From Camelus ferus (Eukaryota), in NCBI RefSeq assembly GCF_009834535.1, contig NC_045697.1:112346001-112410000 (forward strand): a stretch of 64,000 nucleotides of DNA, given 5' to 3'. Positions within the stretch are counted from its first letter, which is position 1, and each line of letters begins with the position of its first letter. The notes beneath the pieces are model-generated. The model did not search any database. It saw only the letters and a program-made list of their open reading frames with translations, and was not told where the DNA came from. Made by a program: the position numbers and the translations under genes. Shown one piece after another: positions 1-14,300 of the stretch.

Positions 1-2199
1 TTCCCTGGAATTACCTCTGCTGATTCTCTTCCTTTTTAAGGATGTATACAGTTATTAATTAAAAATATATATCCATTCTCTTTTCTAAAGTTTTGGTGCA
101 GAATGGGGAGAATATAGTTTGTGCCTAGTTTTCTTGTAAGCTGAAGCTTTTAACATATTCCTAGTAACAGTCGCCTAAATCATACTTAGTTATGCAGTAA
201 ATGTTAAAAAAATTATATTTTTTAGGTTATGGAGGCAAATCATCTCTTTTAGGATTGTTTTTGTTTTTGTTTTTTTGGCAACCCCATTTAAGCTGGTTTA
301 AAAAAAGTTCAAATCCATTTGAGGTTTAGTAATTATATTATCTCTAGATTAATTTGAGTATTTTTCTCCTCCAGATGTTTATTTTGCAGTGGCTTATTTA
401 AGATGAAAATGATTGCTCCCTTGAGCTATCAAAATCATTTAAAAAATCTATTGGTGTTTTGTGCTTTTTTGGGGATATAGTTCTTAAATTACTTTTATAT
501 TTTTTCTTAGCCTTCCTAAAATTGAGTTACCAACTTATTTGTCAGTTTTGAAATGTATTCTTTTATTTCTACATTGATTTCCATCCTGCTAAGATTTATT
601 TATTAGTATGCAGCAATGGCGTGTTGTCTTGTTGTCTATTGGAGAATTCTGCTGAAAGGGACAGGAACGCAATACAGAAGGATTTTCATTTAAGCCAAGT
701 CCTGGATTTTTTCAAAATCACTGTGAATTATAAAGGAGGCAACAATAAAAAGTCTTATCAATACTACATGAAGTAATTTGCCTTTACCATTGTCCTGATA
801 CAGAAAGTGCAAAACCACATTCATTTGCACGCTGTGTAAAATAACAATGTAAAGACCGAAAGTGATCATTGTTTCCGTGTGAATTTCCTTTGGCCTGATG
901 CTAAAATTTGGCATCAATGTGGTTGTGCAGGATTTGACTAGAAGGAGAAGGGCCAAGAAAGGAATGCTGCCAGGGCAAACATTACATTTTGTTACGCATA
1001 AGCACCCTCCAATGTTCTCAGTCTCATGGCTTACTCTGTATCTTTATTCTATTGATTATCTCATAAAATGGAAGTAAAACATTGTGAATCTGAATTGGAT
1101 AAATATAATTATATGTTCTATGTTTGAAATGGTATTAAGCCTTAAAATTGTGGAAAGAACAGCATTCTGTGCAATGTTAAGCGAAGAGCAAATTCAAATG
1201 GATTTTGCTGAGGAAATTCATTTCACAAGTGTATAACTCAGAGAGTAAGAACGTTAAATCTTATATTAAATATTTAATTGTGTACAATGACTAGCACATT
1301 AGTGATTATTTATTGATATTAAATCGTTATGCTAGTAATTGTTCATGGTAATATATTTCCCTATTTTTGTTGTGTGTCTATTAAATATTAGTAAGAAATG
1401 ACATCATTCAAATCTTTTCAGAGCTCTCCTCCCACATTAAAAAAACGGCAAAACAAAACAGGTAGGAAATAATGAATTCACTCAATTAAGACACATTCAG
1501 ATACTCCTGGTTTATGGATTTGAAGGCCTTGATTAATTCTTCCCTGTCTTCATTTCCCTTTTACATTATAATTTCGCCTTTTTCTTGTTCTAGTCAGTGT
1601 TGTTAAAATACTTTATCATCCTACTTACCTACATGCTAGTTATTTTTTCTAAATTTAAACTGCTTTATTGTAACAGAGAATGCTGTTGCTTTTTGAGTAT
1701 CTAGAAAACCAAATTCCAGTTCATCATGCTTTATGAAATTTATGATTAATTATTGAATTATTTATTTAATCAACCTGGGATGACCCTGGGGTGAGAAATA
1801 ATTTCTCAAAATGTAATTAAAATAAATATCATTTATTAATATATGTCCTGTTAGTTTAATTAATTAAGAAATCTTGATGCGGAAAATTGAATTACTATTT
1901 TCCCTCTAGATTTATGTCCCAGTTTACTCAGTGACATTAAAATATACTGAAACTGTTTGGCCTATGCCATTTTAGGGTTTATGTTTCATATTATCCACAT
2001 TCAGAGCATCTTCTGTCTTGACTTCATAAGAGAAAATTTCTAAAATCTGGTAACAAATGAAGAGCTATAAGATGTAGTGGTTCATTTGACTCTTTACTCT
2101 TAAAAATATTTGCCTTCTGTTTTCTTTGACTACCTCCTTGTTTTAATGCTATGTTCTCTCCATTAAAATTCTGTAACTTAATGGCTTTTGCTAGGCATG

Positions 2200-3320
2200 A
2201 GACTCATTCAAAATCTGCTTTGGATCCACCCTTTTTCTGGAGCTCCAAACTCATTGCTCAGTAGTATCCCCTGAACTTTATACCTTTTCCTCTAACTCAG
2301 CATGGCACAAGTTGACCTCATGGTCTTGCCGGGATCTGTCACTCACTCATTGTGTGATCTTGGGCAAATGACTTGAACCGTCTGTTTCCCCAGCTAGCGT
2401 GAGGTTAACTGAGATAACACCAGTAATGTGCTTAAGACTGTGTCTGGAGGTGCCCAATGATTGTTTGCTCTTATGGCCAACTCTTCTTTCTCTGACATCC
2501 TCTCTCCAAGGGACTTAAACATTTCTGTCAGTGGAACCACCATCCATTCACTCACAAAATCATCACTTTCAGTTTGCTTTTTTTTTTTTTTTTTTTTTGC
2601 CTCACACATCAAATGCATGAACTCCCACCAATTGGTTTTCTTTGATCCCAGATGGCTGCACTCCGGGTCAGGATCCAATTGCCTGGGTCATTTCCTAGTT
2701 GGCTTTTACTATTCTTTCCGATACGTGGGTCTTCCTTCCTTACTTAGTTTTTATACACTGTTAGGAAAAACCTCTGAAATGCTGTTTTGTGTATGAGTAA
2801 GGAAGCCCTACTAGTAACTTTTCAAGGGATTCCCCAGTACCTGCAAGATAAAGCCCAACTTGCACTATTTTAGACTCAGGACCCTCAATATTGGGGTGCC
2901 TAGGCATTTCTGTCTTTACTGTTCTCTTGGCAAACCTCCCCCATCACACGCTGCGGCCTTGATTGCACACAGACACCACATGTTCTCCTTCCTCAGACTC
3001 TTTTTTTGTGCTCCTCCCTGACTCACTGCCTCAGAATATTTTTCTCCTTACGTGGGTATCGCCAAAATCAGGTACAGCTCCAAGCCTTCCTTCTTCCCAG
3101 GGATCTCAAGTAATCTAATGATTTCTTAATCTACATGTTCACTTCATCTGTATGTTTCGCACTTTCTGCTCTGTCTTAGTTACATGTCCTCTTTCCCCAT
3201 TTGTCTTAAATTTCTCTCAGTGACACAGATTCTGTATCTTCATCTCAGTATTCATGCCAGGGCTGTAAATCAAACTCTTTACCTACTGCTTCATAAATAT
3301 TTGTCAGATAAATAAATGGA
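2200..3320 (+). mobile_element. Decayed L2 LINE fragments, interrupted by a MIR at ~2330-2460
   Basis: Pyrimidine-rich L2-like tract ending in an L2-type tail (ataaatatttgtcagataaataaatg). MIR core tgtgtgatcttgggcaaatgacttgaac at ~2352. Confidence 0.55.
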
Positions 3321-4973
3321 TATGTGCTGATTTAGTTATTGCTCATGCGATTCCCAAAAGGATGTAAGAAAATTTATGAGGAAAATTTAATGAATGTAGC
3401 TATAAAACAATGTGGAGTCCTTGTTAGAGTAGATTTTCTGTAATATGAGAGTAGTCTCAACGTTTGCCACTCATTGGTTACAAAATACTTTGAGACTCTG
3501 AATGAATTCATTTTTACTGTGGTTTTGAACTTACATTCAAAATTCCTAAGCCAGTTACATCTTAAAAACTAATTTAGAGTCAAAGATGTTAGAAGCATTC
3601 CTTTGTTTCTTTTGCAAAATATTTTCAAAATGAGATATTTATTAAGCAACCTTAGCACAATGGTGTTTCCCATTCAGTAAAACACATCATGGGAGGGAAA
3701 GTATTTTAATTGATGATAATTTTTAATTCATGGGTAGTATTTATTTCTGAATAAATATCCTGTGAAACTGGGACTTCCCAGATTTTATGGCCATAAATAT
3801 TCAATGATATTTTAACAGCGGTTTAAATTCTTAACAACTTTACTGAAAGATTCTTTACGTTTTCAACTAAAGTACGTAATGTGATTTGCAAAGAGATAAC
3901 AAACTAGAGTGAACTCTTCTCAAGATATTTTATGAGATACAGAAAAGTTTATAATAACCAATAGACTTAACATTTGTTGTCTAACAGGTGAACTTATGAA
4001 TTTTTGAGAATGTTTTTTAAAGCATACTTTTCAGTGATTCATTTAGCCAAAACATACTCTGCCCTTTAAAAAGGAACATCTCTGTCAATGCTCCAAATGT
4101 ATTCTATAATTTAAGCTTCTAATTAGTTGCTTTACCACACAAAGTTTGCATTAGGAATTTTGGCATAACATAAATATTGCACATTCTTGGTTTTTCAGTT
4201 CCCAAGACATACAGTTAGCCATTTGCATGAGTTGAATTCATAAAAGGAACTGGTAGCTTTTCTTTAATTTACTTTGAAATAATTATTGAATATCTTAAAT
4301 TTAATTACTGCTTGGTTTTGTTGTATTATTAATAGTGGTATAGCTTTCACTATCCTGATGAATGTTTACATAGTAAATGTTTTATGTTTATAAAGGCTGA
4401 AGATGGAGGAAAGGCCTGAAAGCTAATCATGGTGAATTTTAGTCCCAGTGTTTTCATGTGCTCCCTCATTTATTAATTTACACATTAGTATATTCAACAA
4501 GTATTTTACTGAGTACAGTAAGGAGGGATTGGAGCTGCAGAGATACTGGAAATACCCCCACCCCTAAGTTAGAGTTAAGAGGAAGAAAGACTCAAGGCTT
4601 CCTGAGCTTAGATTAGTTGTCCAAATAGAAAGCAGTGGAATCTACTCTGAAACTCAGGTCCAGCCTTTCCATTATGCCATGATCCATTGTTATGAGGTCA
4701 TTAAATCCCTTACCCTGCACTCTTTTATGTTAAGTGAAGGAAATATTCTGGATCTTCCCAACCAAAGGAATCTGGTGGGTTAAGTGAGATCATGTAATTG
4801 AATGCTCTTCGAGTTTCTGTGATGAATGATTCCATGAAATTCTAAGGTATCATCATGCAGTAGTGGTACATTTTACAAACCCACGATCTTTTCCTCTGTA
4901 AAAGACTGAAAGTACTGATAGTGTTAGCTTGTGATCCAACAACCCTTATGTTATAAACTGTTGTAGAGTCTTG

Positions 4974-6467
4974 TATAAAATATGAAAGAATATGTATTAT
5001 TTGTAGTGTCTGGTTTGGTATTGGTGTCTGTTTTTGTAGTGTTTGGTTTTGGCCTCTTAAAATGAATTCAGGAGTATTCCATCTGCTTCAATTTTTTGTA
5101 ATAGTTTGAGAAAGATAGGTGTTAGTATTTCTTTATATATTTGATAGGATTCCCCTGTAAAGCAACCAGGTCCTGGACTTTTGCTTACTGGGAATATTTT
5201 TTTTTTATTATTAAAGTTTCAATTTCGCTGATTAGGGTTGGTCTCTTTAGATCATCTATTTCTTCCTATTTCAATCTTGGAAGTTTGTATGTTTCTAGAA
5301 ATTTGTTCATTTCTCCTAGGTTATCTAATTTGTTGGCATATGACTGTTTGTATTATTATGTTATGATTTTTTTTTATATCTCTGTGGCATTGGTTGTCAC
5401 TTCTCCTCTTTAGTTTCTTATTTTGTTTATTTGGGGCCATCTGTTTTCTTCTTGATGAGCCTGGATATAGAATTATCAATTTTGTTTACTTTTTTACAAA
5501 ACTAGCTCTTGGTGTCATTGATCTTTTCTTTCTTTCTTTCTTTTTTGTCTCTATTTTATTTATTGTCTCTTTGATCTTTATTATTTGCTTCCTTCTGTGG
5601 ACTTTGGGCTTTATTTATTTTTCTAATTCCTTTAGATGTTAGGTTAGGTTGTTTACTTGAGATTTTTCTTATTTTTTGAGGGAGGCCTGTATCACTATTA
5701 ACTTCTGTCTTAGGACTGCTTTTGCTGCATCTCATAGATTTTGGAAAGTTGTGTTTCCATTTTCATTTGTTTGGAGATGTTTTCTGATTTCCTCTTTCAT
5801 TTCTTCATTGACCCATTGATTTTTTTTTAGTAGCATGTTGTTTAGTCTCCATGTGTTTGTGCTTTTCACATTTTTCTTCCTGTAATTGATTTCTAGTTTC
5901 ATACCACTGTGGTCAAAAAAAATGCTTGATATAATTTCTATCTCCTAAAATTTATTGAGACTTGTTTTGTGGCCTAGCATGTAATCTATCCTGGAGAATA
6001 TTCAATGTGCATTTGAAAATAATGTGTATTCTGCTGTTTTTTGATGGAATGTGCTATAGATATCTATCAAGTCCCACTAGTTTATTGTGTCATTTAAGGC
6101 CATTGTTTTCTTACTGATTTTCTTTCTGTCTGGATGATCTCACCATTTGCAACAAGGTGGATGGACCTAGAAAGTGTTATGCTTAGTGAAATGCATTGGG
6201 CAAAGAAAGACAAATACTCTATATTATTACTTATATGTGGAATCTAAAAAATAAAACAAATAAATGTATATATTATAGCAGAAACAGACTCACAGATATA
6301 GAGAATAAGCTAGTGGTTACCAATGGGGAGCGGGAAAGCGGAGGGGCAAGGTAGGGGAAACTGCTATGTGTAAAATAGATAAGCAACAAAGGTGTATTGT
6401 ACATCACAGGGAAATATGGCTATTGTTTTGTAATAACAAAAAGTAAAATATAAAATAGGAAAGAATA
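4974..6467. mobile_element. LINE-1 insertion with 5' inversion: ORF2 segment on minus (~5000-6142) joined to a plus-strand 3' end (~6143-6448)
   Basis: Antisense ORF2 sequence switches at ~6143 to sense ccatttgcaacaaggtggatggacctag and the 3'UTR. Flanked by tataaaata(t/g)gaaagaata at 4974-4992 and 6449-6467 (TSD). Confidence 0.85.
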
Positions 6468-6814
6468 ATATTAGAGTCATGGAATACAGATGATGACTAC
6501 TGATATGTAACATGCACTTGAAGTAAACAAACAAACAAGCTTTGAAATTAAATTTATAAGTTTGGCTTTGTTGTTGCTAATATTGTTATTAGCAGACGGG
6601 GAATAATGGGGGAGGAAAGTATGTTTTACCTTCAATTAAAAAGATAAATCTTGTTTTGGAACTGTTAAGATTAGAGTCTATTTGTTCTTTCACTGATCTC
6701 ATGAAGTAATTTCTGAACAAAATGCCAGCAACACTTGGTAAATAGTTTTGCCTTTGAAAAATAAAAATCATATCTTTAGGGGATCAGACTTGGTTTGTTT
6801 ACATATTCCAGTGA

Positions 6815-6928
6815 ATTTATTATTAATTTATTTAATAGACTTTATTCTTTTAGAGCAGTTTCAGGTTCACAACAGAACTGAGCAGAAAATACAAAGCATT
6901 TTCACAAACCCCTCCCCATGCACACATA
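6815..6928 (-). mobile_element. Old L1 (L1MC-like) 3' end fragment
   Basis: tttagagcagtttcaggttcacaacagaactgagcagaaaatacaaag resembles an antisense L1MC 3' terminus. Confidence 0.6.
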
Positions 6929-7837
6929 TATATTAATTTTAAAATTTTCTAGTGCTTATATATAAAATAGTATAGTACATTGTGATCTTAATTTTTTAAA
7001 GTCTCCTGATTACAGGAAAAAATAAATATGAAGGAATAAGTAACAATTGCTTTAAAAATGAGACATTTCCATTAATGATTTTCACTTTATTGACAAATGT
7101 TCTTCTTAATTTACATTGCCAGTGGTAAACGCTGGGCAATTTATCATCCCCAGGAAACAATGCAGAATATATTACTGAATTTCTTAAAAACTATTATTTA
7201 TTCTTGCCTTGTTTATTTTCCTCTTGACATACAAAATAATTATTTTACATATAGAAATTTAGATTGAGTTTCAGAAGCTTCTTGAAAATTTGTTGGAACC
7301 TTTGATAATGTGGAGAGAAAATGGAGAGGCACAGAACTTAATTTTTAAGAAAAGTGTTGTAATCATTTTTATACCAAGAATCCCTGTCACCATCCCCATT
7401 GTAATCATTGTACAGCCACTACTAGGGAGACATTTAAAGAACTTCAACAGTGGAACATTTGCTCTCGCAATGCACCTTCGGATTAGTGCATATTAAATGC
7501 AGCTGCTGAAGCTCCAATTTGGTAAGAGACTTGCTCAAGATCACAAAAAAATCAATAACAGAGTTATAGAAAGAACTCATAAAATTATATTAGTAGGTCA
7601 AGTGTTGGTCACTAAATAATCTTACTCTTCCACCAGTGCTTAATGAAAAAAATTGTGTGCCATGGTTTAATATATCCGGCGATAATACAGTCAGAGTACA
7701 GGTCAATTGTTTATTTCTCTAGGGCCTGACTTTTGTATAACTGTAAGCAAGTCATTTTAATTTCTAGATCTTTGAGAGTGTGATGTTGTTCATGAATGGC
7801 TTCCTATGTTTACCAAGTGTGGATTATTATGGGGTGA

Positions 7838-8398
7838 TGTGGGCAGGTTATATTTTTCAGTATGGCCTCAACAACATCTCACATTGCACATACGCTTGAG
7901 CAACGTGACTTTGCCATTCCCCTACGAAGGGTAGGGGTCTAATCATGCTCACCTGAGATCTAGGCTGGTCTTAGTCATTTACTTATAACCAATGGAATGC
8001 ACCAAAAGTGATGCTGCATGAATTCCCAGGCTGGGTCAGAAAAAGCCTGGCCACTTCTGCCTTGGTCTGATGGAGAGCACTCACTTTTCCTCCTCTCAGA
8101 TTCCCACTCTGGGAACCCCAACTCACCCTGAGGGGCCACATGTAGCATTGACAGTCCTAGCTGAGCTCAGCCTTTACATCATCCCAGTTCTCATGCCTAG
8201 AGAAGGAGCCTCCAGATGATTCTAGACTCCAGCTCTTGGAGTTATCTGAGACCCCAGATAGCACAGACTAGATGCAAGCCATCTGCACTGCACACTGTCC
8301 AAATTCTTGAACTATAAAATACATAAGGAAAATAAAATGGTTATTGTTTATGCTATGAACTTTAGGGAATTTGTTATGCAGCAGGAGATAATTTGAAT
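7838..8398 (+). mobile_element. MaLR LTR (MLT1 group)
   Basis: Starts tgtgg. Contains gtgatgctgcatgaattcccaggctgggtcagaaaa. MLT1-type end aataaaatggttattgttt...tttgttatgcagcaggagataa. Confidence 0.75.
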
Positions 8399-11300
8399 AG
8401 ATGGTAAAAATGAACTCTTCAGACAAAATAAAAATTTTGCTATCTATCCCTTAAAATGTCTGCTGGAGCAGAGAAGTGTTGATAGTGTTGATAGTGTAGA
8501 GACGAAGCGGTATCGCTGCCACCATGTGTGTTGAGCATCTTATACACAGAGACCTCCTATCCCAGGATGTCAGTAGCCTGACCAGTTGCACATCTTTCCC
8601 ACCGAGACCAGAAATTTGTGAGGGAGAAAACTCATCTCCCTCACAAATTCTGCCCATGTGGATCGACAAGATTAAAAGTGTAAGCACCGATCTGGAAAGT
8701 ACCTACAGCAGTGGATGGGCAGAGGTCTTTGCATTTGGGACAGGCCCAGAGGGAATAACAGTCCTTGTGGAAACTTCAGAAGGTGGAGCCCATTTTGACG
8801 CAGAGGCAAAGTCTCTTGGGAAACGGTAACCTGGGCTGGGGAGGGGAAGTCCCTGAACTTACCCAGAATCCCTCAGAAGGCTCGCTCGATCTGGTTGTTT
8901 CTTTCAACTACCCCTCTTTCCAAGGTTAATTCAAGCAATAGTAGAAGGGTTTAAGTAAACCTCTGAAGAAGACAGTGAGATTCTAATCAATCTGTATACC
9001 ACAATTCCATTTTTGTAAAAAAAAAAAAATGTGTGTCTGTATGTGTGCATGTGTGCAGGAAATCTGTGTGGAAGAGTGAAAACCACATTGTTGAGACTGA
9101 GTTCTTACCTCTCTGGAGAGAGTCAGAAGAGGTGAGACAGCAGGCTAGGAAAGGAGGGGTAAAACTCTGTGTCTCTCCTTCCACCCTCCACACTTTCTCC
9201 CTCTTGCACTTGGTATGGCAGAACCAAGTCATGAAACTGTAGATCTCACCGTGGATTTCCTAGATCTGTGTTGTTTGAGACTTGCTCCTAGCAGCCATGT
9301 GTGTTCCACACTTGATCAAACTTCACTTGCACGTCACTGAAGATGCTCTCAGTCTCTTTTGTTTCAACTAGTACTGAGTCAGCCAGGTCCTTAGAGGCTC
9401 CTGTAGACTCACTCAGGTGCTCCGTGACCACCCCTCACCTTCTACCCGAGCTCTTTTCCCTGCCCAAGGGCTGCTTTGTTGACTTCAAAGCCTGGAGTGC
9501 TTAGCACACATGCACACAAAACTCAGAAGTGTGAGGGATTCAGCAGTCCCTCATAGACAGTTTTGACCCTTAGAAAAGGGAGGCAGTAGATAAAAATTTG
9601 CCCCTTTTCCTTCCTAGATGGATTCTCGTAAGGTGTAGTTTCTGTGGCTACTCAGAAGATGATTCTAAGAGATTGCAGTCACATTGCCATGGTCATTTTG
9701 ATAAAGCATCCCATCCCTTCTCCTGTTCTGATTTCAGTCTCCTTGCCTGGCACTGCCATTGCCTAGGATTGCATTCCTTATGAAGTGGTAGCATATGAGT
9801 CTGTGCTTCAGGCTCTGATTTTTGCTAAACCCAAAATAGATGCAAAGAAAAGAGGAATTCCTTAATTTCAAACCTCTTGGCATAACTTTGAACACATATC
9901 ATCTTGACAAACAATTGTCAGAAAATATTACGATGATGGCCAAATATTAATCAATCTAAGGCTTGACCTCAGGACATCAATGTATCCCAAGTGACCACTC
10001 GGCCAAAATAAGAAATGCCAAAAGTGAGAATTATAATTTTGCTCTAGTGGAAGCCATTTCTTGGTAGAGTGATTTACAGGCTCTAAAATAAGAGTGGCTA
10101 AGGACCACATATTTCCTAAGGAATTAAGAGACAGGCAGAGGGAGAAGAGATAGTTCATAGTTCTTATTAAAAATGAGCACTGGGAGAGATGGGGGAAATT
10201 CAGGAGTGAGTGACAGTCTGGAAGCAGAGTTCACATGATGCAGGGATATAAAGTGAGATGAAGAATGAAAAGCCTCCATTGGAACTGGCCCTGGAAACTT
10301 GTCCAGGCAGCAGTTTTATTGTGAACTGCCATCTCGAAACTATAGCTAAACCAGAGCAAAACCAAATACAATAAACAACAAAATATATTCAAGCTACCCT
10401 GCACGCTGGTGCTTAGTGGTCACTTCTAATGACTGGTTTACTACGTATATTCTAATGGAAAAAATCTGCAATTTGTGAGCTAAAAGTGAGCTTGAAGAAA
10501 CTCATTGAAGGGGTGGAGATAAAGGAACATGGCTGACTGGTGGCAGAACAGGGCGGAAGTCCAGGTCTCCTGGTTCTTGCTCTGTGTCCCGTGAGGTCAC
10601 ACAGCCCTTGAATTCCTTAGGTGAGTCCTTGAAATGACCAGTCTGTCTTGTCCTGTAAGTCCAGTGTCAATCTCAAGGCTTAGCACCTAGAAAGTGCTCA
10701 ATGAGCATTTATTGAATTAATAAATAGTTATGACCACACCACAGATGTTTAAAGCAAAGCTACTCTATTGCTATATTTAAACAGGTACTTATCAATGTAA
10801 GATAGGGAGGAAAGAAATGCTTTCTGTAAAATAATAGTGTTTAGAGTGCTTGCTTGCTGTCAGAAAGATTTTCATCAATATGAAATCAACACTAAGTCCT
10901 GCAAAATTGCTAAGGAGGTCAAAGATATAAAAGAAAAACAAGACACGCACAGACAGCTTTTAAAAAAACATTCTGTGAGGTTTCAGGTTTTCAAGAAATA
11001 GTCTATTTTAACATCAATGCTTACTTAAGATGTCATCAGGTTTATTAGTGGAAATATTGACGGATTCGTGATTTAGATGGGTTACCAAAGTCTTTAAGTA
11101 CAAGGCATTTTCAAATTTTGTCAGAACACTTCTTGCACTCAAAACATGTTTGAATTACTGGTAATGTACTGCTTCCTGACAAAGCATTCTGAACTGTGTA
11201 ATCCAGCAGGAAAATTAAAGATGTCAAAGACAGCCTCACTCTAGTCCTGTCAAACCACACGATTGGGATAATCTCTAGGAATGCATCTTTTTCTTGACAT

Positions 11301-14300
11301 TTTCCTGAAAGTTTCAAAAAGTTCTCAAGTACTAAAAAGTCTCATAGTAAAAAGAAAAATTGACTACTGGCAAATTTGGATATAATGGTTTTTTTTTGAA
11401 ACCACAGTAAAGCCTCAAGTACCTGGCATATAAGCAGGAATTAGTAAGTAAAATTACGCTTTTGTCCCAGCAAAATAGATGTTTCAAAGTTCTTGAAGTA
11501 CATGACACAAACACTTGTCCCTCAATCAGGGCCTATTCACTTTTATTGACGTATAATTTACATAGAACCTCAGCCTGCAAATCAAGAAGGATGACAAGGA
11601 AAACTTCAAAAATTAAAAGGTTTGACACATTATAATAGGAAGTCTTTCATTTCATCAGAAATAAAAGTAGCAAGCTTGGTCAGAGTTTGGCCAATTAAGG
11701 TTTTATTTTATATGTTTATAAAATACATATAGTTTTAATTAAAGACATGGCTTCTTTCTTCTAGAAACTTAATAACTCTAGATTCAATTATAATATTGCT
11801 ACTTTAAAAATATCTTTTTTTACCATATTTTTTTAAAACCATAAAATGGGATAAACGGAACTCTTTTAACCTCTTACTTTTTTAGGTGATATTTAACTTT
11901 GTATCTACTTTCTAAGGAAGAATTAAAGGCATAAATGCATATAAATTGACTACACCAGTGATCAAAATGTAACGTCATCAAGCATGCCGTATGGAGGACT
12001 CAGTTCTTTCCTTGGAAAGAAATCCAAACTGTGCTTAAGTAGTAGGGTGAAGATGAGTTACTTATTCGGAAACTTAAGCCTTTTGGTATACAAAAATCAA
12101 TACAATGTCAATATGAATAAAACTAACCAATTCTTGAGTCAACTTTCTGATGGATTTACCATGGTTTTTCACTGTTAGCACCCTCTTTCTACTCCAGTAT
12201 TTAGTTACTACTGACATGGAGAGGAGCGGGTTCCCAAGTGCCTGGGTTGGTTGGTTGGTTTGTTTTTTAATTTACTTTTGAATTAGATTCAGAGGTATCC
12301 AGTCAATAGAAATAATGAGTCTTTTCAAGAAAAGACTGTAGAATCCCTGGTCTTAGGAAATACCAGTGTTTACCTGGTTTTAAATAAATTGACTCCATAT
12401 GAATTTCTATTTAGAGCTTATAATAGAGACTTTGTACTAGTATTCTAGAATCATTGACCATTTTCTTTCAATTTTTAAAATTGTTTTGAAAATAAGACTA
12501 TTAAGAGTTTTTGAATTCTGGAAGCATCAGGCAGGGAGAAAAAAAAATAAATGTTTTATTTTTGTTCACGGAGATATATTTTACCAAAGTACTCTAAGTC
12601 ATAGGTAGCTTAAGAGAAAAAAAAGTTAACCTTCAATCTGGAAAAACAAGACAGTAAAAATAACCAGCAATGTTTCCAACAAAAAGGTCATAAAAACTAT
12701 AATCATCATTAGTTCATTCAGTGCCATGTGATTAATTCTTGTTGATCTTGGTCTTCTGTTAGCAGTTTTTTTGAATCCAAGGTTTTCATTAGACTTCTGT
12801 AAATTATTACCAAGTTCAGTGGTACTATCCTAAAGTTATCAGAAACCTATGTTTGTCAAAAGTCCTTTCCATGAATCACCTTGAGGTTGAAGCATTTTTG
12901 CAGGAATAATTTAACAAAAGCATATGAGTGAAACAATGACTCTCTGTAAATGACAAAAAACTTAAAAATTTCTATGGTTAAAGATCTTATGAGAGTTCAC
13001 TGTAATGGAATTGACAAGGAAATTTGATTATTTCTGTAACATTACACATTTTAAGATAATAATTGGAATTATGACTGATAACATTACACAAAGACATATC
13101 AGAGTTTTAGGAATTTCACATGATTTCTGAAACACTTATAACATATAGCTACATAATTTGACGATGCTTCTCATGTGATCTAATATATCAAACCTGTGCA
13201 ATTAGTTTAACATCTCTCTTTTTATAAGGAGAGAGAACAAATCTTTTGAAATCTTCTAGGGGCCTCTGGAAAATTTCCAAGTTAGTTTGAGGTTAAAATA
13301 GACTTTATCTAGAATTTGATTTTAGGAAGTTTGTCAAAGATACCATAAAGGTTTTAAACAGTGGTTAAATAGTCTCAAAAATCAGCATGAAACAGTCCTT
13401 AGATACTCATTTAACCAAAATGATGATAGAAGATGTTAAAAGCAAATACAGAAAGTTAAACAGTTGTGAAAAAAACTTAGTTCTTTTACTAAAGAAGATT
13501 CAGCTCTGTAAACAGAAAATTCTGGCAAAACACAAAATCCTTGTTTTTCAACAGTCTATTTTAAAAGGTACAGAAAAACTTTTCACAGTGTCTTATCAAG
13601 AGCAGACCAATAACCCAAGAACTTTGTTCTTTCTAATTTTGCACATCTTACTTTTGATATTAAAACTTACTTACTTAATTAAATTTATTTCAATCTTAGA
13701 AAATCCTGACCACAAATGAAATTTCTTTTCCAATGACTCCTTTTTCATGAATCTTCTTTTACCAAAAACACACATCCTGCTTTCGTTGCATATGGAGATG
13801 TTTTCCTTATTATTTTTAGTAGCTTTAACCACATATATTAGGATTTTTTTGAACCCTTAGAAACCTTTAATTTCTAGTGAAAGCTAAAAAGTAAGCAGTT
13901 ATGAGCTATCTTGTACATTAACTTTCTATGGATTGGCAAACTTACACTCTTTATGCTTTCTAGAAACATGTGTTTTCTCATAGAAAATTTCTCAGTGTGA
14001 CACCAAACATATTTACTAGTAAACCTACATATCTTTAGTGTCTCTGTAGGAGGAAGCCAAAAGTGGATAAACCCATGTTTTCAGTAATTACTGTTCCAGT
14101 ATTTCATCTTATTTGGGAATGATTGAAGTATTCAATGGTTATCCACGATTTAATCTAACTTAACACAACTTTAAGGTTTAAGGTTTCCAGAAAAAAGAAA
14201 ATGGCGAAACTATTTTGAAAGGCCACCTAGAAACTTTTCTCTCACTTACATCCATTTAATTTCCTTAGATTGCTTCTGAAAACTACCTCGTGCAAGTTAT

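Noticed and set aside
7465..7497. aatgcacc...gtgcat as a miRNA hairpin
   Set aside because: The stem is far too short and I see no match to a known mature miRNA beyond a seed-length stretch.
8539..8556. LIHRDL as a kinase catalytic loop
   Set aside because: There is no following K/A-x-x-N, no DFG and no other kinase motif.
13387..13719. 110-aa Lys/Leu-rich ORF
   Set aside because: It is antisense to the AT-rich ERV internal region and looks like a compositional artefact.
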